Origin: Mycobacterium sp.
Lineage (GTDB): Bacteria > Actinomycetota > Actinomycetes > Mycobacteriales > Mycobacteriaceae
NCBI GenBank assembly: GCA_035633495.1
Contig: DASQEU010000143.1
DNA length: 64,000 bases
Reading direction: 5' to 3' (one strand)
Part shown: positions 1-8,942 of the stretch, piece after piece
Numbering within the stretch: the first letter of the stretch is position 1
Layout of the letters: each line of letters opens with the position of its first letter
Program-made: the position numbers and the translations under genes
The notes under the pieces: generated by a model
Seen by the model: the letters and a program-made list of their open reading frames with translations, nothing else
The model's database searches: none
Told to the model about the DNA's origin: nothing

Positions 1-1
1 C

Positions 2-103
2 GCACTGCGCGTGGATCCCCGACTCACCGGGCCGCAGAAACGGGCGCTTCTCGCCGTGTACCGAAGCTATCTCGACGCCAACGGTCATGGCGCAGATGGC
101 TGA
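2..103 (+). CDS. 3' end of a probable XRE/HTH transcriptional regulator (partial, runs off left edge)
   Basis: Frame 2 reads ALRVDPRLTGPQKRALLAVYRSYLDANGHGADG* (TGA 101-103). This resembles the 'DPxLTxxQKxxLLxxYxSF' C-terminus of Rv0474-like actinobacterial regulators. The HTH itself is outside the window. Confidence 0.5.
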   Translation, partial: ALRVDPRLTGPQKRALLAVYRSYLDANGHGADG

Positions 104-222
104 TGGCAGAATATGATTGATGGTGTCAGTTCGCATGTGGGCGTGACCCGCTCCCGCGCATGTTCTTCAAAGTATTGAGCCACTAGGGGAATCGTCTTCC
201 CCGCCCAATCGAAGGAGGCCTC

Positions 223-1953
223 ATGGCCTCGTCAGACGCTCCCACCCCCTCCCCGTCACGTTCAGTTCTCGACTTGCCCGGCGTCGCCGAGAATGTCATC
301 TCCGGGGCCGACCCCGCCGCCCTGATCCGCGAGCTGCTGGCCACCGCCGCGATGACGCTGAAGCATCCAGCCGCAATCATCGCTGCCAGCGCACGTCTGG
401 CCTGGGGCTCTGCGGGGGCATTCCAAGCCGCCGCCGGACGTTCCATCGGCCATGACAATCCCGGTCCCATCGCGATCGCCCGAGGCGACAAACGGTTCTC
501 CGATCTGGCATATCAGGAAAATCCCTCATACTTCCTTCTTGCGCAACATTTCTTGTTGTTCGACCAACTCGTCGCCGAACTACTCGATGCCGCGGGAGTG
601 AGTGGATCGCGAGAAGCGAAGGCGCGCTTCGCCGCGAAATTCCTCGTCGATGCGCTCGCGCCCACGAACACCCTGCTCGGTAACCCCGCGGCGATCCGCA
701 GGGCGTTCGACACCGGCGGCAAGAGCATCGGCAGGGGCCTCAAGAATTTGGTGCACGATCTTCGTCACAACGATGGATGGCCCTCGCAAGTCGACAGCTC
801 CGAATTCGAGGTTGGCGTCAACATGGGTGCCACCCCGGGGAGCGTCGTCTACCGCAGCGATCTGATCGAGTTGATCCAATACTCGCCCCAGACGCCGGAT
901 ACGCACGCGATCCCGTTGCTCTTCTGTCCGCCCTGGATCAACAAGTTCTACATCATGGATCTTGCACCGGGCAAAAGCCTGATCGAGTGGGCGGTTCAAC
1001 ACGGACACACGTGCTTTGCCATCAGTTACCGCAATGCCGATGCGTCCATGAGCGAGCTCGGATTCCGCGACTACCTGTTCCAAGGACCGCTGGACGCCGT
1101 GCGAGTGGTTCGCGACATCACCGGTGCCCCAGCGGTAAACACGGTGTCGGTGTGCCTTGGTGGAACGCTCACCGCCATCGGGCTGGCGTACAACGCGGCA
1201 CGCGGTGACGAGTCCATCAGGACCGCAACATTTCTCAATACCCATACGGACTTCACCGAGCCAGGCTCACTCGGCACGTTCACCGACGAGGCGACGGTCG
1301 CGGGACTCGAGAAGCAGATGCTGAAGAAGGGGTTCCTGGACTCGACGACGATGGCACGGACCTTCAGTGCCCTGCGGCCAAACGACCTGATCTTCGCCTA
1401 CGTGGTGAACAATTGGCTCCTTGGTAACAAGCCGCCGTCGTTCGACCTGCTGGCCTGGAACGAAGACTCCACCCGCATGCCGGCCCGGATGCATTCGGAG
1501 TATCTGCGGTCGTGCTACGTACGCAACGAATTCGCTCGCGGCGAGTTCGAAATCGACGGCCAGTGTCTCGATCCCGGCCTCATCGACGTCGATACGTACG
1601 TGTTGTCTGCCGTGGACGACCATGTGGTGCCGTGGATCTCGGGCTACAAGACCACTCAGCTGCTGGGTGGCAAGAGCAGGTTCGTCCTGAGTACATCCGG
1701 CCACATTGCCGGTATCGTCAACCCGCCCGGCCCCAAGGCCAAGCACTGGGTGAACGCCAGCCTTCCCGCCGACCCGCGTGAATGGAAGGCGGACGCGAAA
1801 TTGGTGGACGCCACCTGGTGGCTGGACTGGACTCAGTGGATCGCCGACCGGGGCGGGGAAATGATTCCCGCACCGCAACTCCCGGGCAACGAGGACTATC
1901 CGCCGATCGAGAAGGCCCCGGGCACCTACGTCCGACCGAGCGACGCCGCGTGA
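223..1953 (+). CDS. phaC: Polyhydroxyalkanoate synthase (class I/II-type PhaC)
   Basis: 576 aa. Motifs LLFCPPWINKFYIMDL, lipase-box-like SVCLGG (catalytic Cys), WNEDSTRMPA, DDHVVPW (Asp) and SGHIAG (His). GGAGG RBS upstream. Confidence 0.93.
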   Translation: MASSDAPTPSPSRSVLDLPGVAENVISGADPAALIRELLATAAMTLKHPAAIIAASARLAWGSAGAFQAAAGRSIGHDNPGPIAIARGDKRFSDLAYQENPSYFLLAQHFLLFDQLVAELLDAAGVSGSREAKARFAAKFLVDALAPTNTLLGNPAAIRRAFDTGGKSIGRGLKNLVHDLRHNDGWPSQVDSSEFEVGVNMGATPGSVVYRSDLIELIQYSPQTPDTHAIPLLFCPPWINKFYIMDLAPGKSLIEWAVQHGHTCFAISYRNADASMSELGFRDYLFQGPLDAVRVVRDITGAPAVNTVSVCLGGTLTAIGLAYNAARGDESIRTATFLNTHTDFTEPGSLGTFTDEATVAGLEKQMLKKGFLDSTTMARTFSALRPNDLIFAYVVNNWLLGNKPPSFDLLAWNEDSTRMPARMHSEYLRSCYVRNEFARGEFEIDGQCLDPGLIDVDTYVLSAVDDHVVPWISGYKTTQLLGGKSRFVLSTSGHIAGIVNPPGPKAKHWVNASLPADPREWKADAKLVDATWWLDWTQWIADRGGEMIPAPQLPGNEDYPPIEKAPGTYVRPSDAA

Positions 1954-2684
1954 CCCATCCGCCGGAGACCATCGACTCGGAGGCATTCGTGCTGTCGATT
2001 CGTGGCCTGCGGATTGCTGCGCGAACCATCGGATCGGGTGATCCGGTGTTGTTGCTCAACGGCTTGGCCCGCCCGATGGAGAGCTGGAGGTACTTCGCCG
2101 ACGCGCTTCGCGACAGCACCGTCATCACATTGGATGGTCCTGGGGTCGGCCTGAGCGAGACCCCGATCCTTCCGCACTCGATGCCGATGTTGGCGGATGT
2201 CGCTGCACGAGTCCTCGATGCAGTTGGCGTTGAGAAGGCGGATGTCGTCGGCTTCTCGCATGGCGGCGCAGTCGCACAGCAGCTCGCGGTCGGCCACCCC
2301 GCACGCGTGAATCGGCTCGTGCTGTTGTCGACGTCGTGTGGAGTCGGGGCGGTTCCAGGCCGCAGCCGCGACGTCACGCGCAGCTGGCTTGCACCGAACC
2401 GCGGAACACGTTGGCCGCCAGCGGATCCGTTGGGCTTGCTGTGGCAGATCGCGGCCATCTCGACCTGGTCGAGCATCCCTGTGCTCGGCTGTATCGACGC
2501 ACCCACTCTGGTGATCTGCGGTGACCACGACCGTGTCGTCCCACCGGCCAACAGCAGGCTACTTGCGGCACGCATCCGCAACGCCCGCCTCGTCACGATC
2601 GAGGCCGGCCACGATCTGCAAACACCTGGTCCGGCGGCCGCTGCCGGGCAACTGGTGCAGCGGTTTCTCGATCCGGCGACCTGA
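1950..2684 (+). CDS. phaZ: Alpha/beta hydrolase resembling intracellular PHA depolymerase PhaZ
   Basis: GTG start overlaps the phaC stop (GTGA). GFSHGG nucleophile elbow, GDHDRVVP and AGH. The C-terminal half parallels Pseudomonas PhaZ (WQ...WSSI...PTLVxxGDxDxxxP...LLAxRIxNA). Confidence 0.7.
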   Translation: MTHPPETIDSEAFVLSIRGLRIAARTIGSGDPVLLLNGLARPMESWRYFADALRDSTVITLDGPGVGLSETPILPHSMPMLADVAARVLDAVGVEKADVVGFSHGGAVAQQLAVGHPARVNRLVLLSTSCGVGAVPGRSRDVTRSWLAPNRGTRWPPADPLGLLWQIAAISTWSSIPVLGCIDAPTLVICGDHDRVVPPANSRLLAARIRNARLVTIEAGHDLQTPGPAAAAGQLVQRFLDPAT

Positions 2685-2705
2685 GGTCACACGGCCGTCG
2701 GGCCC

Positions 2706-4658
2706 TCAACCGAAGGCAAGGGCCATGTCGGCTGCGGTCGGCACGGCAACCGACTCGGCAATCGCGTCCGACTCAGCAGGGGATGCCACCTGATCGTCGG
2801 GCGCGACGACGGCAGGATCGACGCGGAGAACCGCGTAGCCAGCAACCGCGCCGGCCCCGAAACCAGGAGCGAAAACCCTTGTCGGCGTGGTGATCACTTG
2901 ATCACGGACCGCGTCGTGAATGGCCAGCGGAATACTCGCCGAGGAGGCGTTGCCCACCCGTTCGATGTTGAAGTACAGCTGATCCGGCGACAGACCTGCG
3001 CCGGTCGCCAGGTCGATCACCATGGTCTTGTTCGCTTGGTGCGGGATGATCAGTTCGACGCTCGCCAGCAGCGAATCTGCGGCCCCATCCGGGTCTGGCA
3101 GGGCCCTGACGTCGTCGAGCATCTGCGTGAGGTAGCGGCCGGCCAGCGCCTTCACCTCGGGGCCGTACACCGTGATGTTGTTGCCAAACGCGGGGTTTGG
3201 CCACAGGATCGAGTTGACCTGGCTGGTCGGGCCGCTGGCATAGGTCTGGATGTACTCGATATCCGGCGGTGAACCCTCGGGTGCAGGGCCGATGACAAGG
3301 GCGGCCGCGCCGTCGCCGAAGATCATCCGGGATGGCCGGACGTTCCCGATCTTGTCGGAGAACTTCTCCGCGCAGACCACCAGCACCGGTCGTCGAACGA
3401 GTTGGAGAATTCTGACCGCCTCGGCCAGCCCATAGCTGAGGCCGGCACACGCGGCGACGAGGTCGAACGAGCAGTGCGTCTGCTGAATGCCCAACGCGCC
3501 GGAGATCCAGGTCGCGATCGACGGTATCAGCCGAGAACTGGTGCAGGTGCAGACGATAACCGCCCCGATTTGGTCTGGACTCACGCCGGCGTGAGCCAGC
3601 GCCGACCGGGCAGCCCGCAACGAGAGTTCCTCGATGCTGCCCGAGGTGTAGCGACGCTGCTCGATGCCGGTCTTGTCACGGATCTCCTCCGCAGACATGG
3701 GCGACCAGTTGTAGGCGCTGTTGCGGATGAGATCGTCGTTGGTGCACACCTGGTCGCCGTGAGCCGCGGCGATGGCCTCGATGCGAGGCTGTACCGCAAA
3801 GTCGTTGCGCACGTCGATCGCAGGGTACGGGCGGATGGGCGCAAACAATTCCGGGACAGCCGGGACAGCCTTCTTCGCCGCGTGCCCGGAGGCGATGCGG
3901 GACAGGAAGTTCGCCACCTCGGGATCACGCGGGTGGAATACCACCACGTAGTCGTCATCGTGCAGTTCACTGACCGCGACCAGGGCGGCTTCGCTGCGAC
4001 CCCACGGATACTGATTGTGCAGGACCATCGACCAGCGGCGTAGCGCCTCCAGTTCAGCCACATCCTCATTGCAGTCAATGATCTCGGCGTAGCTGTACCG
4101 GCGGAAGTCGGGGTCGAATCGATTCAGGCGGAGAGTTTGATTACCGGGGTCAGAGAGCAACTCGGCAACCGTGGGTACGACGGCCGAAAGCTTGGTCGCG
4201 TGGTTTCTACGATGGCCGAACACGTCGAAGAGGATCTCGAAGATGCTGTCCTCGACCTCGTCATCCCACTGCGCCGGAAGATTCGGGTAGGCGGAAAACA
4301 CCGCGGACACCTTGGTTTCGCTGTCCAACCACGGCGTCTGGACTGGCACGAAGACGTCGTCGCGGGTGCGCGGAACGTCGGCCCACCGGGTAGGCCGGAC
4401 ATCGAACATCGTCATCTTGAAACGATTGGCCCAGAACAGGTTGAGCGCCATGTCTCGCATCAACTCGAACTTGCTTTGGTAGGCGCCCGTCTTGATCTGC
4501 TCGAGGATGTCTGTCCCTGTGGGCGCTTTGGAATCGAAGTCACGCCGGACGACGGCATCGAGCTGCTCAAGGCTCTCGAAGGTCGAAAAGTCAAGATCGG
4601 GAAAGCAATTGGAGGGAAAGACGATCTTGCCGTGCTTGTTCAGTTCAAAAGCATCCAT
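2706..4658 (-). CDS. 3-oxoacyl-ACP/CoA synthase III (KAS III/FabH fold) with a ~260-aa N-terminal extension
   Basis: 650 aa. The C-terminal part has KTGIEQRRY, AACAG (Cys), IPHQAN (His), GNASSAS (Asn) and GFGAG. The N-terminal ~260 aa has no motif I recognise. Confidence 0.88.
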   Translation of the reverse strand: MDAFELNKHGKIVFPSNCFPDLDFSTFESLEQLDAVVRRDFDSKAPTGTDILEQIKTGAYQSKFELMRDMALNLFWANRFKMTMFDVRPTRWADVPRTRDDVFVPVQTPWLDSETKVSAVFSAYPNLPAQWDDEVEDSIFEILFDVFGHRRNHATKLSAVVPTVAELLSDPGNQTLRLNRFDPDFRRYSYAEIIDCNEDVAELEALRRWSMVLHNQYPWGRSEAALVAVSELHDDDYVVVFHPRDPEVANFLSRIASGHAAKKAVPAVPELFAPIRPYPAIDVRNDFAVQPRIEAIAAAHGDQVCTNDDLIRNSAYNWSPMSAEEIRDKTGIEQRRYTSGSIEELSLRAARSALAHAGVSPDQIGAVIVCTCTSSRLIPSIATWISGALGIQQTHCSFDLVAACAGLSYGLAEAVRILQLVRRPVLVVCAEKFSDKIGNVRPSRMIFGDGAAALVIGPAPEGSPPDIEYIQTYASGPTSQVNSILWPNPAFGNNITVYGPEVKALAGRYLTQMLDDVRALPDPDGAADSLLASVELIIPHQANKTMVIDLATGAGLSPDQLYFNIERVGNASSASIPLAIHDAVRDQVITTPTRVFAPGFGAGAVAGYAVLRVDPAVVAPDDQVASPAESDAIAESVAVPTAADMALAFG

Positions 4659-4730
4659 TGCCCATCACCTTCACTGAGAGGTTTGCGCGTTGATGTGACT
4701 CCAGGCGATGCCCAACAGGTCCCGAACCGA

Positions 4731-5576
4731 TCACATGTCCAGACCACCGTTGACTCCCCATACCTGTCCGGTGATGTACCCGGAGGCGTCGGCGGCCAGG
4801 AAGTGCACCACGCGGGCAATCTCATCCGGCCGGGCAAGGCGGCCCGCGGGGATGGTGGTCTTGATTCGGTCGAGTACCTTCTCGGGGATGGACTCGACCA
4901 TCTCGGTCGCCACGTAACCGGGTGTGACGGTGTTGACCGTGACGCCGATACCGTCTTCACTCAACTTGTCCGCGCGCGCCAGCTGGAAACACGCCTCGCG
5001 CGCCAGTGTCTTCGTCAGGCCGAACAGTCCGGCCTTGGAAGCGGCGTAGTTCGCCTGACCGATGGCGCCCGTTTCACCGATGACCGAAGAGACGATGACG
5101 ATCCGCCCGCTGCCGCGCTCGAGCATGTGCGCCAACGCCGCCTGGGCGAGGAAGAACGCCCCGGACAGGTTCACCGCGATGACCTTGTTCCATTCCTCGT
5201 CGGTCATCCTTGCCACCGTTTTGTCGATGGTGATGCCGGCGTTGTTGATCAGGATGTCGAGGCGGCCGTGACGCTCGATCACCTCGCGGACGGTCCGTCG
5301 GCAGTCATCACCGTTCGAGACGTCGCCCTGATGGACGCTGACCTCGCCGCCCTCACTGGCTTCCGACAACTCGGCGAGGAACTTTTGCGCCTCTACGGTA
5401 TTCGTGCTGTACCCCGCCGCTACCGTCGCACCCTGGTGGGCCAGGCTTTTGCTGATCGCGGCGCCGATCCCACGGGTGCCGCCCGTCACGAAGGCGACGC
5501 GCCCACGGAGCTTCCCTCCCCACGCCTCTGCGAACCGAGACTCGCCGATCTGATCAACGGACGTCGCTGTCATCAT
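4731..5576 (-). CDS. phaB: Acetoacetyl-CoA/3-oxoacyl reductase (PhaB/FabG-type SDR)
   Basis: TGGTRGIG, NNAG, YAASK and PGYVATEMV motifs. ATG at 5576 follows AAGGA. Located in the phaC cluster. Confidence 0.8.
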   Translation of the reverse strand: MMTATSVDQIGESRFAEAWGGKLRGRVAFVTGGTRGIGAAISKSLAHQGATVAAGYSTNTVEAQKFLAELSEASEGGEVSVHQGDVSNGDDCRRTVREVIERHGRLDILINNAGITIDKTVARMTDEEWNKVIAVNLSGAFFLAQAALAHMLERGSGRIVIVSSVIGETGAIGQANYAASKAGLFGLTKTLAREACFQLARADKLSEDGIGVTVNTVTPGYVATEMVESIPEKVLDRIKTTIPAGRLARPDEIARVVHFLAADASGYITGQVWGVNGGLDM

Positions 5577-6084
5577 GATCCTTATCTTTGAAGTTGTGCT
5601 TCTCGTGGTTCCTCGGCTGTCACAGCGGTGGTGGTGGTGGTGACGAGGACGGACGGGGGTCTGGCCGGTACTTCGGTCGTGACGACATCGCACTCAAGCG
5701 CGGACGCGACGAGTAGGTCGGTGGGGAACCGGGCGAGGTGGGTGACCTCGACGTACCGGGAGTGCAGTCCACAACACAACCATCCAAGCCTTTTGCCATC
5801 GCGACATACGCCGAGGGGAGGCAAATCGGGGCGAGCTTCGAGACTCTGGGTGCGGTAGACGTTGCTTGCGCGATCACGGCCGCTAAGCGGCGATCGCGTT
5901 ACCAGACCGGCATTTTCTTGCCCTGTTCAGTGCACTCTCGATGCCACCCAATGTCAAGCGATGCACCCCGGCCTTATCCTCGAGGCCACCTTCACCATCC
6001 CGAGTTTGATGCAGACTCTGATGTACCCCGGGTTGTCCGGAGTCCGTTTGCTTGACTTCTGGTCACGACGTCCACAAAGGAGCC

Positions 6085-6444
6085 GTGCCCGTGCCCATGC
6101 GTTATCCCGAAGAGTTCCTCCGCAAAGTGCTCGACGTGGTGGCCGCCGGCCGCCCGGTGGCCCAGATCGCTGCCGATCTGGAGATCAGCGACCAGACCAT
6201 CTACGACTGGCGCCGCCAGGAGCTGATCGATAAAGGACAGCTGCCGGGATTGAACCGCACTGAGCTGTCCGAGCTCAGCGCGGCCAACAAGCGCACCGAT
6301 GAACTGGAGACCGAGGTGGCCATCCTGAAAAGGGTCCGTGAGCTGCTCCGGGAGCCGCACGACCCAAAAGACGGTACGCGGGCATACCGACTATGTCCGC
6401 AGAAGGACTCCCCGTACAGAAGGCGTGTCGAAGGCTCGAGGTAG
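6085..6444 (+). CDS. IS3 OrfA (HTH DNA-binding)
   Basis: RYPEEF...VAQIAADLEISDQTIYDWRRQ. AAGGAG RBS upstream. CCCAAAAG slippery-like site near 6363-6370. Confidence 0.8.
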   Translation: MPVPMRYPEEFLRKVLDVVAAGRPVAQIAADLEISDQTIYDWRRQELIDKGQLPGLNRTELSELSAANKRTDELETEVAILKRVRELLREPHDPKDGTRAYRLCPQKDSPYRRRVEGSR

Positions 6445-7270
6445 CCGAGTCGGGCTTCTATGAGTGGCGGTCTCGGGCGCCGTCAGCACGGTCGGTCCGC
6501 CATGCCGGGCTCACCGACCAGACCCGGGCCGTGCACACCGCCTCACGTGGCACCTACGGCGGGTCCACGCCGAACTGACCCTCGGGCTGGGGCTGGCGGT
6601 CGGGCATAACCAGGTCGAGATGCTGATGACCCGAGCCGCGAGAAAGGGACTGCCGGGTAACCGGCGCCCCCGACCCCGACACGAGACCCCGACAGCCGCC
6701 GATCTGGTCGAGCGGATGCTCACCCGCGAAGCGCCAAACCGGTTGTGGGTCAACGACATCACCGAACATCGCACCTACGAAGGCAAGGTGTACTGTGCAG
6801 TCGTTCTGGAACCGTTCTCCCGACGTGTGGTCGGATGGTCGATCGACTCGAGTCAGCCGCGGCGCTAGTCGCCAACGCGCTGAGTATGGCCATCGCCAAT
6901 CGCGACCCCCAATCGGGCGGGATCATTCATTCCGACCACGGCGTGCAGTTGACCTCGTGGGCCTTTACAGATAGCGCCAAGCGCTCTGGACTGGTGCCAT
7001 CCATGGGCTCGATCGGTCAATGCTACGACAACGCGATGATCGAATCTTTCTGGGGCAGAATGCGAACGGAGCTACTCAACCGCAAGCGATGGAAGTCACG
7101 CGTAGAGCTAGGCAACGCAATATTCGACTACCTAGAAATCTTCCAAAACCGGCAACGCCGTCATTCCGCCCTCGGGATGCGCACTCCGATAGAGTTCGAA
7201 CTGCTACGCCATCCGCCCAACCCGTGGCCTGAAACCAGGTATAGCGACACCGCCGAACCAGGGGCACATC
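6393..7270 (+). pseudogene. IS3 OrfB DDE transposase, frameshifted at least twice
   Basis: The rve core is split over three frames: ACRRLEVAESGFYEW..GTYG (6393-6578), RVHAEL..WVNDIT..FSRRVVGW (to 6868), and HSDHG..YDNAMIESFW..HSALGMRTP (6745 frame). Confidence 0.88.
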
Positions 7271-7362
7271 ATTTACGGCCGGTCGACGCGCGAACGGCCC
7301 GCCCGGAGAGTGGTGACGGGCCGAACAATAGATCAGACGCGGGGAAACGTGAATCGGTTCGT

Positions 7363-7740
7363 TCAGAGTGCGACTTTGGCGCCACCTGAGAACATCGAGT
7401 CATGAAACTCCAGCTCTGCGGACTTGGTGCCAGGCGGCACGTCGAAGGCCGTCTTGACTTGAATGGAGTTGCCGGGATTGATGTCGGCCATAAGTGCGCC
7501 CTCGTCGTTCATCCACATATCTGCAGAGGAGTCCACGCCATACTCGCGACCCGACGTGTCGATGAGCTTCTGGTTTGACCCAAAATACGATTGAGTCTTG
7601 TCGCCGATGTTCCTGACGGACAGCGTCAGGATGATGAACTCGCCTTGCGCGTTTGCGATCATGTACGGATTGCTCAGGTCACCAGCCTGCGTCGGGCGCG
7701 TCATCCCGACCACGCGGAACTCGAACTTGCCGTCGCGACG
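7363..7740 (-). pseudogene. DUF4352 (MPT63-like Ig-fold) protein, 5'-truncated
   Basis: RDGKFEF...GEFIILTLSVRNIGD..QKLID..INPGNSI....FDVPPGT...LEFHDSMFSGG. No signal or TM N-terminus; the sequence upstream of 7740 belongs to the opposite-strand integrase. Confidence 0.7.
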
Positions 7741-8561
7741 TCGGCGAGGCGAACCCCGCCCGAATTGATGCGGCTCTGCGATCGATGCGAAGTGCGCACG
7801 AACCGACAACGGCGCGGCAGTCGAAAACCATCCTTCACGGCGCCCTCCAGCTGGCGGTGATGGCGAACGTGCTCGGCAGCAATCCGGTGCGGGACGTGCA
7901 GACGATCAGGTCGAAGAACCGGCCAAAGGGCGCAACCCGCTCACTGCCGACGAGCTGCGCCAGCTGGTGGCGAAGGTGCGCGCTTCTGCCTACTGCCGAC
8001 ACCACGATTTGGCCGACCCGATCACCGTGCTCGCCGCAACCGGGCTGCGGGAGTCTGAACTACTCGGACTCCTGTGGCGCGACTTCGACGCAGACGCCGG
8101 CATCCTGACGGTGACCGGAATGTTGGGCCGGGCCGCCCGGCAAGGGTTGCCACGACATGACACGGCCAAAAGCGACGCCGGCCTGCGCACCCTGCCGCCT
8201 GCCTCGCTTCGCCGTCGACGTCCTCAAGGCACGGCGCCATCTACCCTTCCTCGGCGAGCAGGAGATGATCTTCCCGTCCACGGCGGGGACGCTGCGTCAC
8301 CCTAACAATTTCAACCAGCAGTGGCGGCAGATCCGTGACGAGCTCGGCGCGTCCAACGCGAACACTCACAGCTTTCGCAAGTCCCTTGCCACGTTGATTG
8401 ACGACGAAGGCTTGTCGGCGCGCATCGGCGCCGACCACCTCGGCCACACCAACGTCTCGATGACGCAGGACGAGTACAGGAGCCGCGGACGCGTTCACAC
8501 GCAAGTGGCCGACCTGCTGGACCGAGTCATCGTTGTAATGACTCACAGAAAACGATCTTGA
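7740..8561 (+). pseudogene. Tyrosine integrase remnant (5'-truncated, frameshifted)
   Basis: Three frames: ARQSKTILHGALQLAV..NPVRDV; LAATGLRESELLGLLWRDFD; and HSFRK..LGH..TQDEY. The R, HxxR, H and Y catalytic motifs are present. Confidence 0.9.
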
Positions 8562-8599
8562 GTAGGGCGACTGGGACTTGAACCCAGGACCAACGGATT
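8562..8599. repeat. att core: 38-bp direct repeat of the tRNA(CAT) 3' half
   Basis: GTAGGGCGACTGGGACTTGAACCCAGGACCAACGGATT is identical at 8562-8599 and 11811-11848. Confidence 0.95.
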
Positions 8600-8942
8600 T
8601 CCGATCCGTGGTTCTGAATAGTTCCTAGGAAGCTCCGTTAATCGTTGCCGCACAATCCGTTTCACTGCAACTGACACAAGGGTGGCGAAGCCATCACGTG
8701 GTGACGTCGAAGACGCTCTTTACTCGACCGATCGGGAAGTCAGACACTGCCGAATGAGCTCGCACTCAGCTTAGGACTTTGGCCCCTATTTCCCGGCGTC
8801 CGGGCAAGCCAAGACTGAAACCGCACGAAAAGCCTTCTGCACCGCTGCGAGGCAAGGACCGCCGTGGCGGCCCGCGCCCGGTTTCCGGCGAGCGGCGGGT
8901 ACGCGTAGTCGAAGCACGAATGATGTCCAGAGGACTGCAGCT

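Larger units (their letters stand above)
6019..7271 (+). mobile_element. IS3-family insertion sequence, degenerate
   Basis: Terminal IRs TGATGTACCCCGGGTT (6019) and the reverse complement TGATGTGCCCCTGGTT (ending 7271) match 14/16 with TG...CA ends. Contains orfA and a DDE orfB. Confidence 0.9.

Noticed and set aside
5582-5824. 80-aa ORF ending just before the phaB RBS
   Set aside because: There is no motif or clear RBS, and three overlapping frames are equally open. It is more likely a 5' leader.
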